Source: Pseudomonas aeruginosa (GTDB taxonomy: Bacteria; Pseudomonadota; Gammaproteobacteria; Pseudomonadales; Pseudomonadaceae). Taken from it: a stretch of DNA of 32,000 nucleotides. A program made the translations under genes and the position numbers. Positions 14,468 through 23,824 of the stretch are shown piece by piece (the stretch's first letter is position 1; the number at the start of each line of letters is the position of its first letter). The DNA is taken from contig NZ_LN831024.1 of NCBI RefSeq assembly GCF_001457615.1, positions 3,570,001 to 3,602,000 of the forward strand, written 5' to 3'. A model generated the notes under the pieces. That model made no database searches, was not told where the DNA came from, and worked only from the letters and a program-made list of their open reading frames with translations.

Positions 14468-17215
14468 ATGTCGACAGATTCCCCGCTGCGCACCACCGCT
14501 TCGACCTGCTGCTACTGCGGCGTGGGTTGTGGCGTCCTGATCAAACACGACGGCGAACGCATCCTCGGCGTGCAAGGCGACCCGCGGCACCCGGCCAACT
14601 TCGGCAGACTCTGCAGCAAAGGCGCCAGCCTGCACCTGACCGGCGACCTCCAGGCCCGCGCGCTGTACCCCCAACTGCGTCTCGGCAAGCAACTGGCGCG
14701 GGCTCGCAGCGACTGGGAGAGTGCCCTGGAACATGCCGCCGGGCGTTTCGCCGAGACCATTCGCGAACACGGGCCGGACAGCGTGGCCTTCTATATATCC
14801 GGCCAGTTGCTGACCGAGGACTACTACGCCTTCAACAAGCTGGCGCGGGCCCTGGTCGGCACCAACAACATCGACAGCAATTCGCGCCTGTGCATGTCCT
14901 CGGCGGTGGTTGGCTACAAGCGCAGCCTGGGCGCCGACGCACCGCCCTGCTGCTACGAAGACCTCGACTGCGCCGATTGCGTGCTGATCGCCGGCAGCAA
15001 CATGGCCTTCGCCCACCCGGTCCTGTTCCGTCGCCTGGAGGCCGCCAAGGCCGCTCGCCCGGAGATGCGCATCGTCGTGATCGACCCGCGGCGCACCGAC
15101 ACCTGCGAGCTGGCCGACCTGCACCTGGCGCTGCTGCCCGGCACCGACGTCGCACTGTTCCACGGCATCCTGCATATCCTGCTCTGGGAGGACTGGATCG
15201 ACCGTTCGTTCATCGCCGAGCATACCGAAGGTTTCGCCGACCTGAAGGAACTGGTGCGCGACTACACCCCGGCCGCCGTCGCCGACATCTGCGGCATCGA
15301 CCGCGCCGACCTGCAGCGCTGCGCCGAATGGATCGGCCGTTCGCCGCGCTTCCTTTCGCTCTGGTGCATGGGGCTCAACCAGTCCAGCGCCGGCAGCGCC
15401 AAGAACAGCGCACTGATCAACCTGCACCTGGCCACCGGCAAGATCGGCCGCGCCGGATGCGGGCCGTTTTCCCTCACCGGCCAGCCGAATGCCATGGGCG
15501 GTCGCGAGACCGGCAGCCTGGCCAACCTGCTGCCCGGCCACCGCGAAGCCGCCGATCCCGGCCATCGCGCCGAGGTGGCGCACTACTGGGGTGTGGAACA
15601 GTTGCCCACGTCCCCCGGTCTCAGCGCCATCGAGCTGTTCGATGCGGTCCACGACGGCCGGATCAAGGCGCTCTGGATCGCCTGTACCAACCCCGCGCAA
15701 TCGCTGCCGGACCAGCGCAAGATCCACGAGGCCCTTGCCCGCTGTCCCTTCGTGGTGGTCCAGGAAGCCTTCGCCGGCACGGAAACCTGCCAATACGCCG
15801 ACCTTTTGCTTCCAGCCGCATCCTGGGGAGAAAAGGAAGGCTCCGTGACCAATTCGGAACGGCGGGTCAGTCATGTCCGTCGGGCCGTTCCGCCCCCCGG
15901 GGAAGCACGCCAGGACTGGAACATCGTCTGCGACTTCGCTCGCCGCCTGGAAGGGCACCTGCGGCCCGCTAAACCCGGCCTGTTCGCCTTTGCCGACAGC
16001 CGCAGCCTGTTCGACGAATACAAGCTGCTCACCGCCGGGCGCGACCTCGATCTTTCCGGCCTCAGCTACGCACTGCTCGACCGCCTGGGGCCGCAGCAAT
16101 GGCCATTTCCCACTGGCGCGGAGCAAGGCACCGCACGGCTCTATGCAGACGGCCGCTTCCCTACCGCCTCGGGACGCGCGCAACTGGTCGCCGAACCCTA
16201 CCGCGCCGCCCAGGAAAAACGCGACGCGCGCTACCCGCTGACCCTCAATACCGGACGCTTGCGCGACCAGTGGCACGGCATGAGCCGGACCGGCACCTGC
16301 GCACGCCTGTTCGGCCATGAAGAGGAGGCCCTGGTGCACCTGCATCCCGAGGAACTGCGCCGCCGCCAACTGCGGGACGGGCAGCTCGTGCGCCTGAAGA
16401 GCCGGCGTGGCGCCCTGGTCCTGCCGGTGAGCGCAGACGACTCGGTGCGCCCCGGCCAGGCCTTCCTGCCGATGCACTGGGGCGATCGCTTCCTCAAGGG
16501 CCTGGGCTGCAATGTCCTGACCCTGCCGGCGTTCGACCCCCTGTCGAAACAACCCGAACTCAAGCACGCCGGGGTTCAGGTCGAGTCCGTCGAACTGCCC
16601 TGGCGCCTGTTCGCGCTGGTGGAAACCGATATCCAGGCGCGTTTCGAGGCCCTCCGTGCGCTGTGCGAAGTCTTCGACCACGCCAGCTTCAGTCTCGCCG
16701 GACGCGAGCGCCCCGCCCTGCTGGTCAGCGCCGCACACCATGAGGCACCTGGCGCAGACCTGCTGGAGCGGATAGATCGCCAACTCGAATTGCTCGACGG
16801 GCCGATCCTCGCCTACGACGACCCACGGCGGGCCATCGGCAAGCGCGTGCGCCTCGAAGACGGGCGCATCGTCGCCGTCCGGCTCGCCGGCGAAACCCTC
16901 GCCCGTGACTGGTTGAAAGAGCTCTGGCTTACCGGCCGGGCCGATAGCGAGCTACGCCGCTGGCTGCTCGCCCCACTCGGCGCGGCACCGGGACGACCCA
17001 GCCAGGGTGCGGGCGGCAAGACCCTGTGCAGTTGCCAGAACGTCAGCCAGCAAACGGTGCTCGGCGGCATCGCCCGCGGATTGGACCTGGACGGATTGAA
17101 GCGCGAGTTCGGCTGCGGCACCGGCTGCGGCTCCTGCGTACCGGAAATCAAGAGACTGCTGGCGGCCCCCGGCCCATGGCAGCGAATGCCTGAGGAGAAC
17201 GACGATGAGCGGTAA
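14468..17215 (+). CDS. nasC: assimilatory nitrate reductase, molybdopterin catalytic subunit with a C-terminal BFD-like 2Fe-2S extension
   Basis: 915 aa. The N-terminus has a 4Fe-4S motif (CCYCGVGCGVLI...C). The MopB domain follows, and the C-terminus reads CSCQNVSQQ...CGTGCGSCVPEI. AGGAG is the SD. Confidence 0.9.
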   Translation: MSTDSPLRTTASTCCYCGVGCGVLIKHDGERILGVQGDPRHPANFGRLCSKGASLHLTGDLQARALYPQLRLGKQLARARSDWESALEHAAGRFAETIREHGPDSVAFYISGQLLTEDYYAFNKLARALVGTNNIDSNSRLCMSSAVVGYKRSLGADAPPCCYEDLDCADCVLIAGSNMAFAHPVLFRRLEAAKAARPEMRIVVIDPRRTDTCELADLHLALLPGTDVALFHGILHILLWEDWIDRSFIAEHTEGFADLKELVRDYTPAAVADICGIDRADLQRCAEWIGRSPRFLSLWCMGLNQSSAGSAKNSALINLHLATGKIGRAGCGPFSLTGQPNAMGGRETGSLANLLPGHREAADPGHRAEVAHYWGVEQLPTSPGLSAIELFDAVHDGRIKALWIACTNPAQSLPDQRKIHEALARCPFVVVQEAFAGTETCQYADLLLPAASWGEKEGSVTNSERRVSHVRRAVPPPGEARQDWNIVCDFARRLEGHLRPAKPGLFAFADSRSLFDEYKLLTAGRDLDLSGLSYALLDRLGPQQWPFPTGAEQGTARLYADGRFPTASGRAQLVAEPYRAAQEKRDARYPLTLNTGRLRDQWHGMSRTGTCARLFGHEEEALVHLHPEELRRRQLRDGQLVRLKSRRGALVLPVSADDSVRPGQAFLPMHWGDRFLKGLGCNVLTLPAFDPLSKQPELKHAGVQVESVELPWRLFALVETDIQARFEALRALCEVFDHASFSLAGRERPALLVSAAHHEAPGADLLERIDRQLELLDGPILAYDDPRRAIGKRVRLEDGRIVAVRLAGETLARDWLKELWLTGRADSELRRWLLAPLGAAPGRPSQGAGGKTLCSCQNVSQQTVLGGIARGLDLDGLKREFGCGTGCGSCVPEIKRLLAAPGPWQRMPEENDDER

Positions 17216-17942
17216 GGTCTGGCTGGTGGGTGCGGGTCCCGGCGATCCGGAACTGTTGACCCTGAAGGCAGTTCGCGCCCTGCAGGACGCGGATGTGGTG
17301 ATGGTCGACGATCTGGTCAACCCGAGCATACTGGAGCACTGTCCGTCCGCCCGGCTGGTCCGGGTCGGCAAACGCGGCGGCTGCCGCTCCACACCGCAGG
17401 ACTTCATCCAGCGCCTGATGCTGCGGCATGCCCGCCAGGGACGCAGCGTGGTGCGCCTGAAAGGCGGCGATCCATGCATCTTCGGCCGCGCCGGCGAAGA
17501 AGCCGAATGGCTGGCCCGGCACGGGATAGACAGCGAGATAGTGAACGGCATCACCGCCGGGCTGGCTGGCGCCACTGCCTGCGGCATACCGCTGACCTAC
17601 CGCGGCATCAGCCGCGGCGTGACCCTGGTGACCGCGCATACCCAGGACGACAGCCCGCTGGCCTGGGAAGCCCTGGCACGCAGCGGTACCACGCTGGTGG
17701 TCTACATGGGCGTCGCCCGTCTCGCAGAGATCCAGGCCGGGCTGCTGGCTGGAGGTATGGCCGAGGATACGCCGCTGGCGATGATCGAGAACGCCACCCT
17801 GGGCAACCAGCGCGAATGCCGCAGCAACCTCGGCGAGCTACTGCGGGACGCCGGACGTTTCGCCTTGAAAAGCCCGGCGATCCTGGTGATCGGCGAAGTA
17901 ACCCGCGACATCGTGTCGCAACCGATTTCCCTGAGCGCCTGA
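17205..17942 (+). CDS. cobA: uroporphyrinogen-III C-methyltransferase (sirohaem precursor synthesis)
   Basis: 245 aa: VWLVGAGPGDPELLTLKA...VVRLKGGDPCIFGR, a SAM-dependent tetrapyrrole methylase. Its start overlaps the nasC 3' end by 11 nt. Confidence 0.9.
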   Translation: MSGKVWLVGAGPGDPELLTLKAVRALQDADVVMVDDLVNPSILEHCPSARLVRVGKRGGCRSTPQDFIQRLMLRHARQGRSVVRLKGGDPCIFGRAGEEAEWLARHGIDSEIVNGITAGLAGATACGIPLTYRGISRGVTLVTAHTQDDSPLAWEALARSGTTLVVYMGVARLAEIQAGLLAGGMAEDTPLAMIENATLGNQRECRSNLGELLRDAGRFALKSPAILVIGEVTRDIVSQPISLSA

Positions 17943-17965
17943 CGAGCGGTCTTTTTCCAGGCAAA

Positions 17966-17992
17966 GAAAAACCCGGCCTGGGCCGGGTTTTT
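17966..17992. terminator. bidirectional intrinsic terminator between cobA and oprF
   Basis: gaaaaaCCCGGC-ctgg-GCCGGGttttt, with an A-tract on one side and a T-tract on the other, between convergent stops (17942 and 18011). Confidence 0.9.
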
Positions 17993-18010
17993 CCTTAGAG
18001 GCTCAGCCGA

Positions 18011-19063
18011 TTACTTGGCTTCAGCTTCTACTTCGGCTTCAACGCGACGGTTGATAGCGCGGCCTTCAGCGGTGGCGTTGTCGGCAACCGGGCGGGACTC
18101 GCCGTAACCAACAGCGTTCACGCGACCACCTTCTACACCGTACTCGTTGACCAGTACGTCACGAACGGCGTTGGCACGACGCTCGGACAGCTTCTGGTTG
18201 TAAGCGTCGGTGCCGACGGAGTCGGTGTGCCCTTCAACGGTGGTGGAAGTGGACGGGTACTGCTTCATGAAGTCAGCCAGGTTCTTGATGTCAGCGTAGC
18301 TGTTCTCTTTGACCTTGGACTTGTCGAAGTCGAACTTCACGTCCAGCTGTACGCGTACGACTTCGGCGACAGCCGGGCAGCCGTTGGCGTCAACGGTGAC
18401 GTTGGCCGGGGTATCCGGGCACTTGTCGACGTTGTCGCAAACGCCGTCGTTGTCGGAGTCGGAGCAAACGTCGGCAACCGGTTCCGGAGCCGGAGCGGCT
18501 TTCGAACCACCGAAGTTGAAGCCGACGCCCAGGCCAGCCATCCACTCGCCCTGGTGACCGTTGTCACGCTTCTCCAGACCATACTGGCCGTCGAGGCTGG
18601 CCTTGGCGAAGAAGTTCTCGGTGAAGTAGTACTTCAGACCAGCGCCGATGTTGGCCATGGTCATCTGCTGACGGCCTTGGCTGTCGCTGTTGATGTTGGT
18701 GATGTTCTGGTGAGCCAGACCAGCCGACACGTACGGACGCAGACCTACGCCCGGGGTACCGAAGTGGTAGATGGCGTCCAGAGAGGTCAGGTTGCCGTGG
18801 ACCTTCTTGTTGCCGGTTTCGTAGGTGCCACGAACGTCATGGTACTCACCGTAGGACAGCGCCAGCTCGACGTCGTCGGTCAGGAAGTAACCGATCGAGC
18901 CGCCGTACAGGTCCGCGTTCTTCATGTTGCGAACGCTGTCGGTGAAGTAGCGCTTGCCGAAGGCTTCGATCTCTACCGAGTTCTGGCCCTGGGCAAAGGC
19001 GTTCATTGCCGAAGCGGCAACCAGCGAGCCGATGACAACGCCTAAGGTGTTCTTCAGTTTCAT
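18011..19063 (-). CDS. oprF: major outer-membrane porin OprF (OmpA family)
   Basis: 350 aa: MKLKNTLGVVIGSLVAASAMNAFAQGQNSVEIEAFGKRYF... It has a Cys-containing linker (CSDSDNDGVCDNVDKCPDTPANVTVDANGC) and a C-terminal OmpA peptidoglycan-binding domain. I recognise it as P. aeruginosa OprF. Confidence 0.98.
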   Translation of the reverse strand: MKLKNTLGVVIGSLVAASAMNAFAQGQNSVEIEAFGKRYFTDSVRNMKNADLYGGSIGYFLTDDVELALSYGEYHDVRGTYETGNKKVHGNLTSLDAIYHFGTPGVGLRPYVSAGLAHQNITNINSDSQGRQQMTMANIGAGLKYYFTENFFAKASLDGQYGLEKRDNGHQGEWMAGLGVGFNFGGSKAAPAPEPVADVCSDSDNDGVCDNVDKCPDTPANVTVDANGCPAVAEVVRVQLDVKFDFDKSKVKENSYADIKNLADFMKQYPSTSTTVEGHTDSVGTDAYNQKLSERRANAVRDVLVNEYGVEGGRVNAVGYGESRPVADNATAEGRAINRRVEAEVEAEAK

Positions 19064-19105
19064 CCGTTAAATCCCCATCTTGATGGTCAGTTAGTTGTCC
19101 AACAA

Positions 19106-19133
19106 TCAGCCGCACAACTTGGGTGGCAAGTTT
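19106..19133 (-). promoter_or_regulatory. candidate ECF (AlgU-type) promoter for oprF
   Basis: The minus strand reads AAACTT-N17-GCTGA against the AlgU consensus GAACTT-N16/17-TCTGA. It lies in the sigX-oprF spacer about 45 nt upstream of the oprF ATG. This rests on pattern match only. Confidence 0.3.
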
Positions 19134-19171
19134 ATCAGAACTTCCCGCATAGAGAGACAATATTTACCCAA

Positions 19172-19762
19172 CTATGTTTCGGTCGCATCTGAAAACTTTT
19201 CGCGCAGGCGGTCCAGTGCCCGCTTGTAGCGCATTTTCGTCGCACTCAGACCCATGTGCATGATATCCGCTATCTCCTGAAACTCCAGTTCCGCGACGAA
19301 GCGAAGAACCAGAATCTCCCGATCTATCGGATTGACATGGACGAGCCAACGATCCAATCCGCCCCGCTCCTCAACCTTCGGCGACTTCTCCTCGGAAGCC
19401 TCCTCCAGCGGGTCGAGGCTGAGCGCATCCATCAATCGGCGCTTGCGGCGCTCCTTGCGGTACTGCGTGATGCACTCGTTGTACGTGATGCTATATAGCC
19501 ATGTTTTGAACTTCGACTTGCCCTCAAAGTTCTTCAACCCGTACAAAACTTTCAGCATCACCTCCTGGCACACGTCGTCCGCGTCGCGGTCGTTGCCCAG
19601 GTAGCGGGCACAGACGTTGAACAGCGTGCGCTGGTAACGCCGCATCAATTCTTCATAGGCGCGCGTCACGTGGAACAGCTCCGAGTGCGCACGCTCGACC
19701 AGCTCTTCATCGGAAAGCTGGCGGGGGTCATACCGCTGTGACAGGGGGTGAGGCTTATTCAA
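19172..19762 (-). CDS. sigX: ECF sigma factor SigX
   Basis: 196 aa with sigma-70 regions 2 and 4 (FKTWLYSITYNECI..., EFQEIADIMHMGLSATKMRYKRAL). It sits immediately upstream of oprF. The start codon at 19762 is TTG, and the next in-frame ATG is codon 40. Confidence 0.9.
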   Translation of the reverse strand: MNKPHPLSQRYDPRQLSDEELVERAHSELFHVTRAYEELMRRYQRTLFNVCARYLGNDRDADDVCQEVMLKVLYGLKNFEGKSKFKTWLYSITYNECITQYRKERRKRRLMDALSLDPLEEASEEKSPKVEERGGLDRWLVHVNPIDREILVLRFVAELEFQEIADIMHMGLSATKMRYKRALDRLREKFSDATET

Positions 19763-19833
19763 GTGAGATCAGGCCAGTCATATCGTAAGCCGGGCCGCCC
19801 TGCAGAGCAGCCACGTCCATTATCTCTCCCGGA

Positions 19834-20664
19834 TCAGCGGCTGGTAACTCGCTGATCGAGCAGTAGACGGTTGGCCAGCGACACAAGCTCTCCCTCTTCC
19901 GTCAGCAGGATGGTCTTGACCGTACCTATCTCTTCAATAGTGCCTTCAACGTCACCCACTTTCACCTGTTGTCCGACCTGATACAGCTCGCGGACGTAGA
20001 TTCCTGCAATGATCTGCCCGGCGACCTCGCGGCTGCCCAGGCCCAGGGCCAGCGCAGCGGCCAGGCCGACGGTGATCAGGACGATGGCGATGATGTAGTT
20101 GAGCAGGTCGGTCTTGACCTCGAGCTGCCCCACCGCCACCGAGATGCTGATGATGATGACCAGCCACTGGGCGATCCGCCCCAGGCCGTTCGCGTATTCG
20201 AGGCCGACGCCGTCCGCCGCGCCGCGCACGACGCTGTTCACCAGTTGCGCCAGGAGCACGCCGACGATCAGCACCAGGGCCGCGCCGAACACCTTGGGCA
20301 GGTACAGGGCGAGGACGTCCAGCGTGGCGGATACCCGCTGCAGGCCGAGCGACTCGGCGGCGGATACGAGGAAGACGAGCAGCACGAACCAGTAGACGAT
20401 CTTGCCGACCAGCGTCGAGACCGGAACCTGGATGCCGACCCGGGCCAGCAGCTTGGTCAGGCCGGTGCCACCCATCAGCCGGTCCAGGCCCAGCTTGGCC
20501 AGCAGCTTGGAAAGCAGCGCATCGAGCAGCTTGGCGATGACGAAGCCGAGCAGAACGACCACCAGGGCGCCGAGCAGGTTGGGAATGAAGCCTGCCAGCT
20601 TGCCCCACAGGGTGTTCATCGCGGTCAGCAAGCTCTGGGTCCAGATATCGAATTGCATGTTCAC
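19834..20664 (-). CDS. cmpX: MscS-family small-conductance mechanosensitive channel CmpX
   Basis: 276-aa multi-TM protein with a C-terminal beta-domain (VKVGDVEGTIEEIGTVKTILLTEEGELVSLANRLL). GTG 20664 overlaps the cfrX stop as GTGA. ATG 20658 is the alternative start. Confidence 0.85.
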   Translation of the reverse strand: MNMQFDIWTQSLLTAMNTLWGKLAGFIPNLLGALVVVLLGFVIAKLLDALLSKLLAKLGLDRLMGGTGLTKLLARVGIQVPVSTLVGKIVYWFVLLVFLVSAAESLGLQRVSATLDVLALYLPKVFGAALVLIVGVLLAQLVNSVVRGAADGVGLEYANGLGRIAQWLVIIISISVAVGQLEVKTDLLNYIIAIVLITVGLAAALALGLGSREVAGQIIAGIYVRELYQVGQQVKVGDVEGTIEEIGTVKTILLTEEGELVSLANRLLLDQRVTSR

Positions 20665-20909
20665 TCAGCCTTGTCAGCAGAAGATGCGTTTTTCGCGGAA
20701 ATACGGGAAACCGGCGCCAGATGCGGCGAACCGTTGTTGATGCCGATCATCAGCGCCTGCAGCCAGTGCCCCATGAGGCTGAACAGGTCACCGGCGCCAA
20801 CCTGGCGATTGGCGGTCTTCAGCACCCGTCCCAGACGCGCGTCGTCGTCCGGCTGGGGAGCCGAAGCCTTGAGCAGGTCCCGCAGGGACTCTTCGAACGG
20901 ATCGTGCAT
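20661..20909 (-). CDS. cfrX: small protein CfrX (function unknown, cmaX-cfrX-cmpX operon)
   Basis: ATG 20909 with GAGG 5 nt upstream gives 82 aa (MHDPFEESLRDLL...). The assignment rests on position between cmaX and cmpX. The track start, GTG 20915, adds 2 codons. Confidence 0.7.
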   Translation of the reverse strand: MHDPFEESLRDLLKASAPQPDDDARLGRVLKTANRQVGAGDLFSLMGHWLQALMIGINNGSPHLAPVSRISAKNASSADKAE

Positions 20910-20963
20910 GCACACCTCATGTCTGTACGAGGGAGTGACGCCCTCTCCTCACCCCAGGTCACG

Positions 20964-21962
20964 TCAGAGCCAGCGCAGCCGACGAAATACCCACCACTGG
21001 AAGGTGGCGACCCCGCCGATCAGCAGGCAGGCCAGCCAGAACCCATGCGGTGCATCCGCCCCCGGAATGCCGCCGACATTGATTCCCAGCAGGCCGGTGA
21101 CGAAGCTCATCGGCAGGAAAAAGCCGGTGATTATACCAAGGAGATACATGGTGCGGTTCATCCGTTCGGTGATTCGCCGCGACTCGGCTTCCTGCAGGAC
21201 GCTGATGCGCTCCCGTATCAACTCGAGTTCTTCGAGATTCCGCGTCAGCCGGTTGTTCAGCTCGTTCCAGTAATCGGCGTCGTCCTCGACGAACCAGGAC
21301 AGCTTGTAGCGCGCCAGTTGCGAGTAGATGTCCCGCTGCGGCGCCAGGTAGCGCCGCAACCCCGCCGACCGGCGGCGCAGGGTACGCAACTGGTGCTGGT
21401 CGGGACTGGCACGCTCGTCCGCCTCGACCAGCTCCTCGACAGCATCGAGCTGGTCGGCTATCCCGCTGATCAGCGTGTCGACGCGATCGGTCAGGTAGTG
21501 CGCGAGGTAGTACACGACCTCGGATGCTGTCTTCGGCCCTTTCCCCGCCTCCAGGTCCTCGAGCAGATCGGCCACCGCCTTCAGCGGCCGCAGGCGCAGC
21601 GAGATCACCCGGCGCGCGTCGGCGAATACCCGCAGCGAAACCATGTCTTCCGGCTCCGCGCCCGGATTCAGGTTCACTCCACGGAGGAACACCAGCAGGC
21701 TTTCGGCCCCGAGATCGAGCAAACGGGGGCGGGTCGCCTCCTCCAGCAGCAGATCGCAGGCGAACTCGCTGAGCCCCGCGGAATCCCGCAGCCAGGCCTG
21801 TGCCTCCGGTACGCCGCGGTCCCAGTGCAGCCAAAGACTTTCCTCCGGCAGCAGGTCGAGCACCGCTATCTGGTTGCGTCCGACACGGCGTCCGCCGCCG
21901 CGCCCGTTGAGGACGTAGCCATAGATCAGGCCGCGCTCGTCACCCGACTCGTACGCTTGCAT
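20964..21962 (-). CDS. cmaX: CorA/ZntB-like divalent-cation channel CmaX
   Basis: 332 aa from ATG 21962 (AAGGGA SD). There are two C-terminal TM helices, with GINVGG in place of the CorA GMN motif. The 15-codon N-terminal extension in the track lacks an SD. Confidence 0.85.
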   Translation of the reverse strand: MQAYESGDERGLIYGYVLNGRGGGRRVGRNQIAVLDLLPEESLWLHWDRGVPEAQAWLRDSAGLSEFACDLLLEEATRPRLLDLGAESLLVFLRGVNLNPGAEPEDMVSLRVFADARRVISLRLRPLKAVADLLEDLEAGKGPKTASEVVYYLAHYLTDRVDTLISGIADQLDAVEELVEADERASPDQHQLRTLRRRSAGLRRYLAPQRDIYSQLARYKLSWFVEDDADYWNELNNRLTRNLEELELIRERISVLQEAESRRITERMNRTMYLLGIITGFFLPMSFVTGLLGINVGGIPGADAPHGFWLACLLIGGVATFQWWVFRRLRWL

Positions 21963-22093
21963 TGCGCTTCCCTTGGTAAAACGACCATTTCGACAGTAAA
22001 AACACAAGTCCGGTACCAGTCAATTCATGGACTTGCGGCACAACCTTAAAGCCAGTCCTGAGACCCGTATGCGCACCCCGGGTTCATTCCAGC

Positions 22094-22128
22094 AAAAAGC
22101 CCCGGGACGCTGCCTGCGTCACCGGGGC
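22094..22128 (-). terminator. intrinsic terminator of the RraA-like gene
   Basis: On the minus strand, GCCCCGG(t)GACGC-aggca-GCGTCCCGGGGC is followed by TTTTTGCTGG. It lies 22 nt after the stop at 22150. Confidence 0.8.
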
Positions 22129-22149
22129 CGGAACGGCTGTTAAAAAGCC

Positions 22150-22638
22150 CTATTCGGGCATCTTCAAGGCCTGCGGAGAAACGATGATGCCGTTGTTGTC
22201 GGCATACACGAACTCGCCGGGGCGGAAGGTGACGCCGCCGAAGGTCACGGCGACGTTCAGATCGCCGATGCCGCGCTTGTCGGTCTTCAGCGGATGACTG
22301 GCCAGGGCCTGGACGCCAAGGTCGGTCTGGGCGATCACGTCGACGTCACGGATGCAGCCATATACGACGATCCCTTCCCAGCCGTTCTTCGCCGCTTTCT
22401 CGGCCAGCATGTCGCCCAGCAGGGCGCGGCGCAGCGAACCACCGCCATCGACGACCAGGACCTTGCCCTTGCCGTCCTTGTCGACCTGCTCCTTGACCAA
22501 CGAGTTGTCTTCGAAGCACTTGATGGTGACGATCTCGCCGCCGAAGGAGTCGCGGCCGCCGAAGTTGCTGAACATGGGTTCGACGACCTGGACCAGCTCA
22601 GGATAGGCATCGCACAGATCGGGAGTGACGTAATGCAT
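22150..22638 (-). CDS. RraA-family protein (RNase E regulator-like / HMG-CHA aldolase-oxaloacetate decarboxylase fold)
   Basis: 162 aa from ATG 22638 (AGGAG 6 nt upstream): [46 protein letters not shown]...[15 protein letters not shown], typical of the RraA/MenG family. Confidence 0.85.
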   Translation of the reverse strand: MHYVTPDLCDAYPELVQVVEPMFSNFGGRDSFGGEIVTIKCFEDNSLVKEQVDKDGKGKVLVVDGGGSLRRALLGDMLAEKAAKNGWEGIVVYGCIRDVDVIAQTDLGVQALASHPLKTDKRGIGDLNVAVTFGGVTFRPGEFVYADNNGIIVSPQALKMPE

Positions 22639-22744
22639 GGGAAGCTCCTGTGGGTGAAGGGATCGGCTCGGGCAGCTCCGGAGGAACATCGGCCGCCCGC
22701 CCCGGCGGCGCCGGCGTGACCGGAGCCGCCATTTGCGTCACATG

Positions 22745-23755
22745 TTAGCCGCTGATTCCGGCTTCCGATACGTCTAGCGCCTCGCTCCACGCGGATTCGT
22801 CGCCCGCCGGCGATCGCTGGCGCAGCCAGCGCTCCACCAAGGGCCAGACCTCTAGCTGGGCCGCCTTGCCGATCAGCATCTCGATATGCCCGTAGTCCTC
22901 GGCGTAGCCAGCCTCGCGTCCGAGCAACAGGTATTCGCGCTCGGACGAGGCGAACTGCTCGAACAACTTGCGACAGGCCCAGGACGGGTCCTGCCGGTCC
23001 CCAGCCCCGGCGACCGCCAATAGCGGTACGTCGACTGCGGCGAGCCCCTTCCACCAGTCGTTGCCCGGCTCGCCGAAGCGGCCGAACAGCCCATGCCAAC
23101 GCAGGACCTCCAGCGCCAGGCCGACCGGCTCGTCTTCCGGCCCCTGCCGCCAACGGCTTCCGGACAGCGCATCGACGCGGCGCAGCAGCAGGCGCGCGAG
23201 GATGCCTGCCATGGGCAACCTGAACAGCCAGTGCGCGGTGCTGACCTGGCTACCGAACAACGCCACGGAAGCGATCCGCGCCTGATCCAGGTAACCCCCG
23301 CCCAGTCCCGCCGCCAGCACCACCCCACCGAGGGAGTGGCCAATCCAGTGCGCCGGCTGCCCGCACTGCTCGTGGATGAAGGAGGCCAGCGCCGGCAGGT
23401 CGTAGCGCGCGTAGTCGGCGACCCGGTTGTCCCGGTAACCATCGTTGCGAATCGACAGGCCATGGCCGCGCATTTCCGGCAGCCAGACATCGAACCCCGC
23501 CCGCGCCAGGTAAGGACCTAGTCCGAGCGCACGCGGCGAGTACCAGAAGCGGCGGTTGGAAAAACTCCCGTGCAGGAGGATCACAGGCGGTCCGCGCCGC
23601 TCGCCGGCGGCCTGCTGTCCAAGCCGGGTTACGACCAGCTCGACGCTGGCATCGGGGCTGTTGCCGGGCTTCAGGCGATAGATGTCTTCGGTAAGGTCGG
23701 CGCGCAACTCGGCGCTGACCAGGGCGACAGGAAAGAGGCGACTACTGCTTTGCAT
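22745..23755 (-). CDS. estX: alpha/beta-hydrolase fold esterase/lipase
   Basis: 336 aa with the HG oxyanion motif (VILLHGSFSN) and the nucleophile elbow GHSLGG. The symbol is recalled for PA1771 with moderate certainty. Confidence 0.75.
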   Translation of the reverse strand: MQSSSRLFPVALVSAELRADLTEDIYRLKPGNSPDASVELVVTRLGQQAAGERRGPPVILLHGSFSNRRFWYSPRALGLGPYLARAGFDVWLPEMRGHGLSIRNDGYRDNRVADYARYDLPALASFIHEQCGQPAHWIGHSLGGVVLAAGLGGGYLDQARIASVALFGSQVSTAHWLFRLPMAGILARLLLRRVDALSGSRWRQGPEDEPVGLALEVLRWHGLFGRFGEPGNDWWKGLAAVDVPLLAVAGAGDRQDPSWACRKLFEQFASSEREYLLLGREAGYAEDYGHIEMLIGKAAQLEVWPLVERWLRQRSPAGDESAWSEALDVSEAGISG

Positions 23756-23776
23756 GCTTGTCTTGTACAGGAGGCA

Positions 23777-23804
23777 CGAAAAAGGGCGGTGTTACCCGCC
23801 CTTT
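23777..23804 (-). terminator. intrinsic terminator of ppsA
   Basis: The minus strand reads AAAGGGCGG-gtaaca-CCGCCCTTT followed by TTCG (overall T-run TTTTT). It lies 21 nt after the ppsA stop. Confidence 0.85.
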
Positions 23805-23824
23805 CCGGATACAGCGAGGACCGA

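Noticed and set aside
14282-16783. 833-aa minus-strand ORF
   Set aside because: Antisense shadow of nasC; the same reasoning applies.
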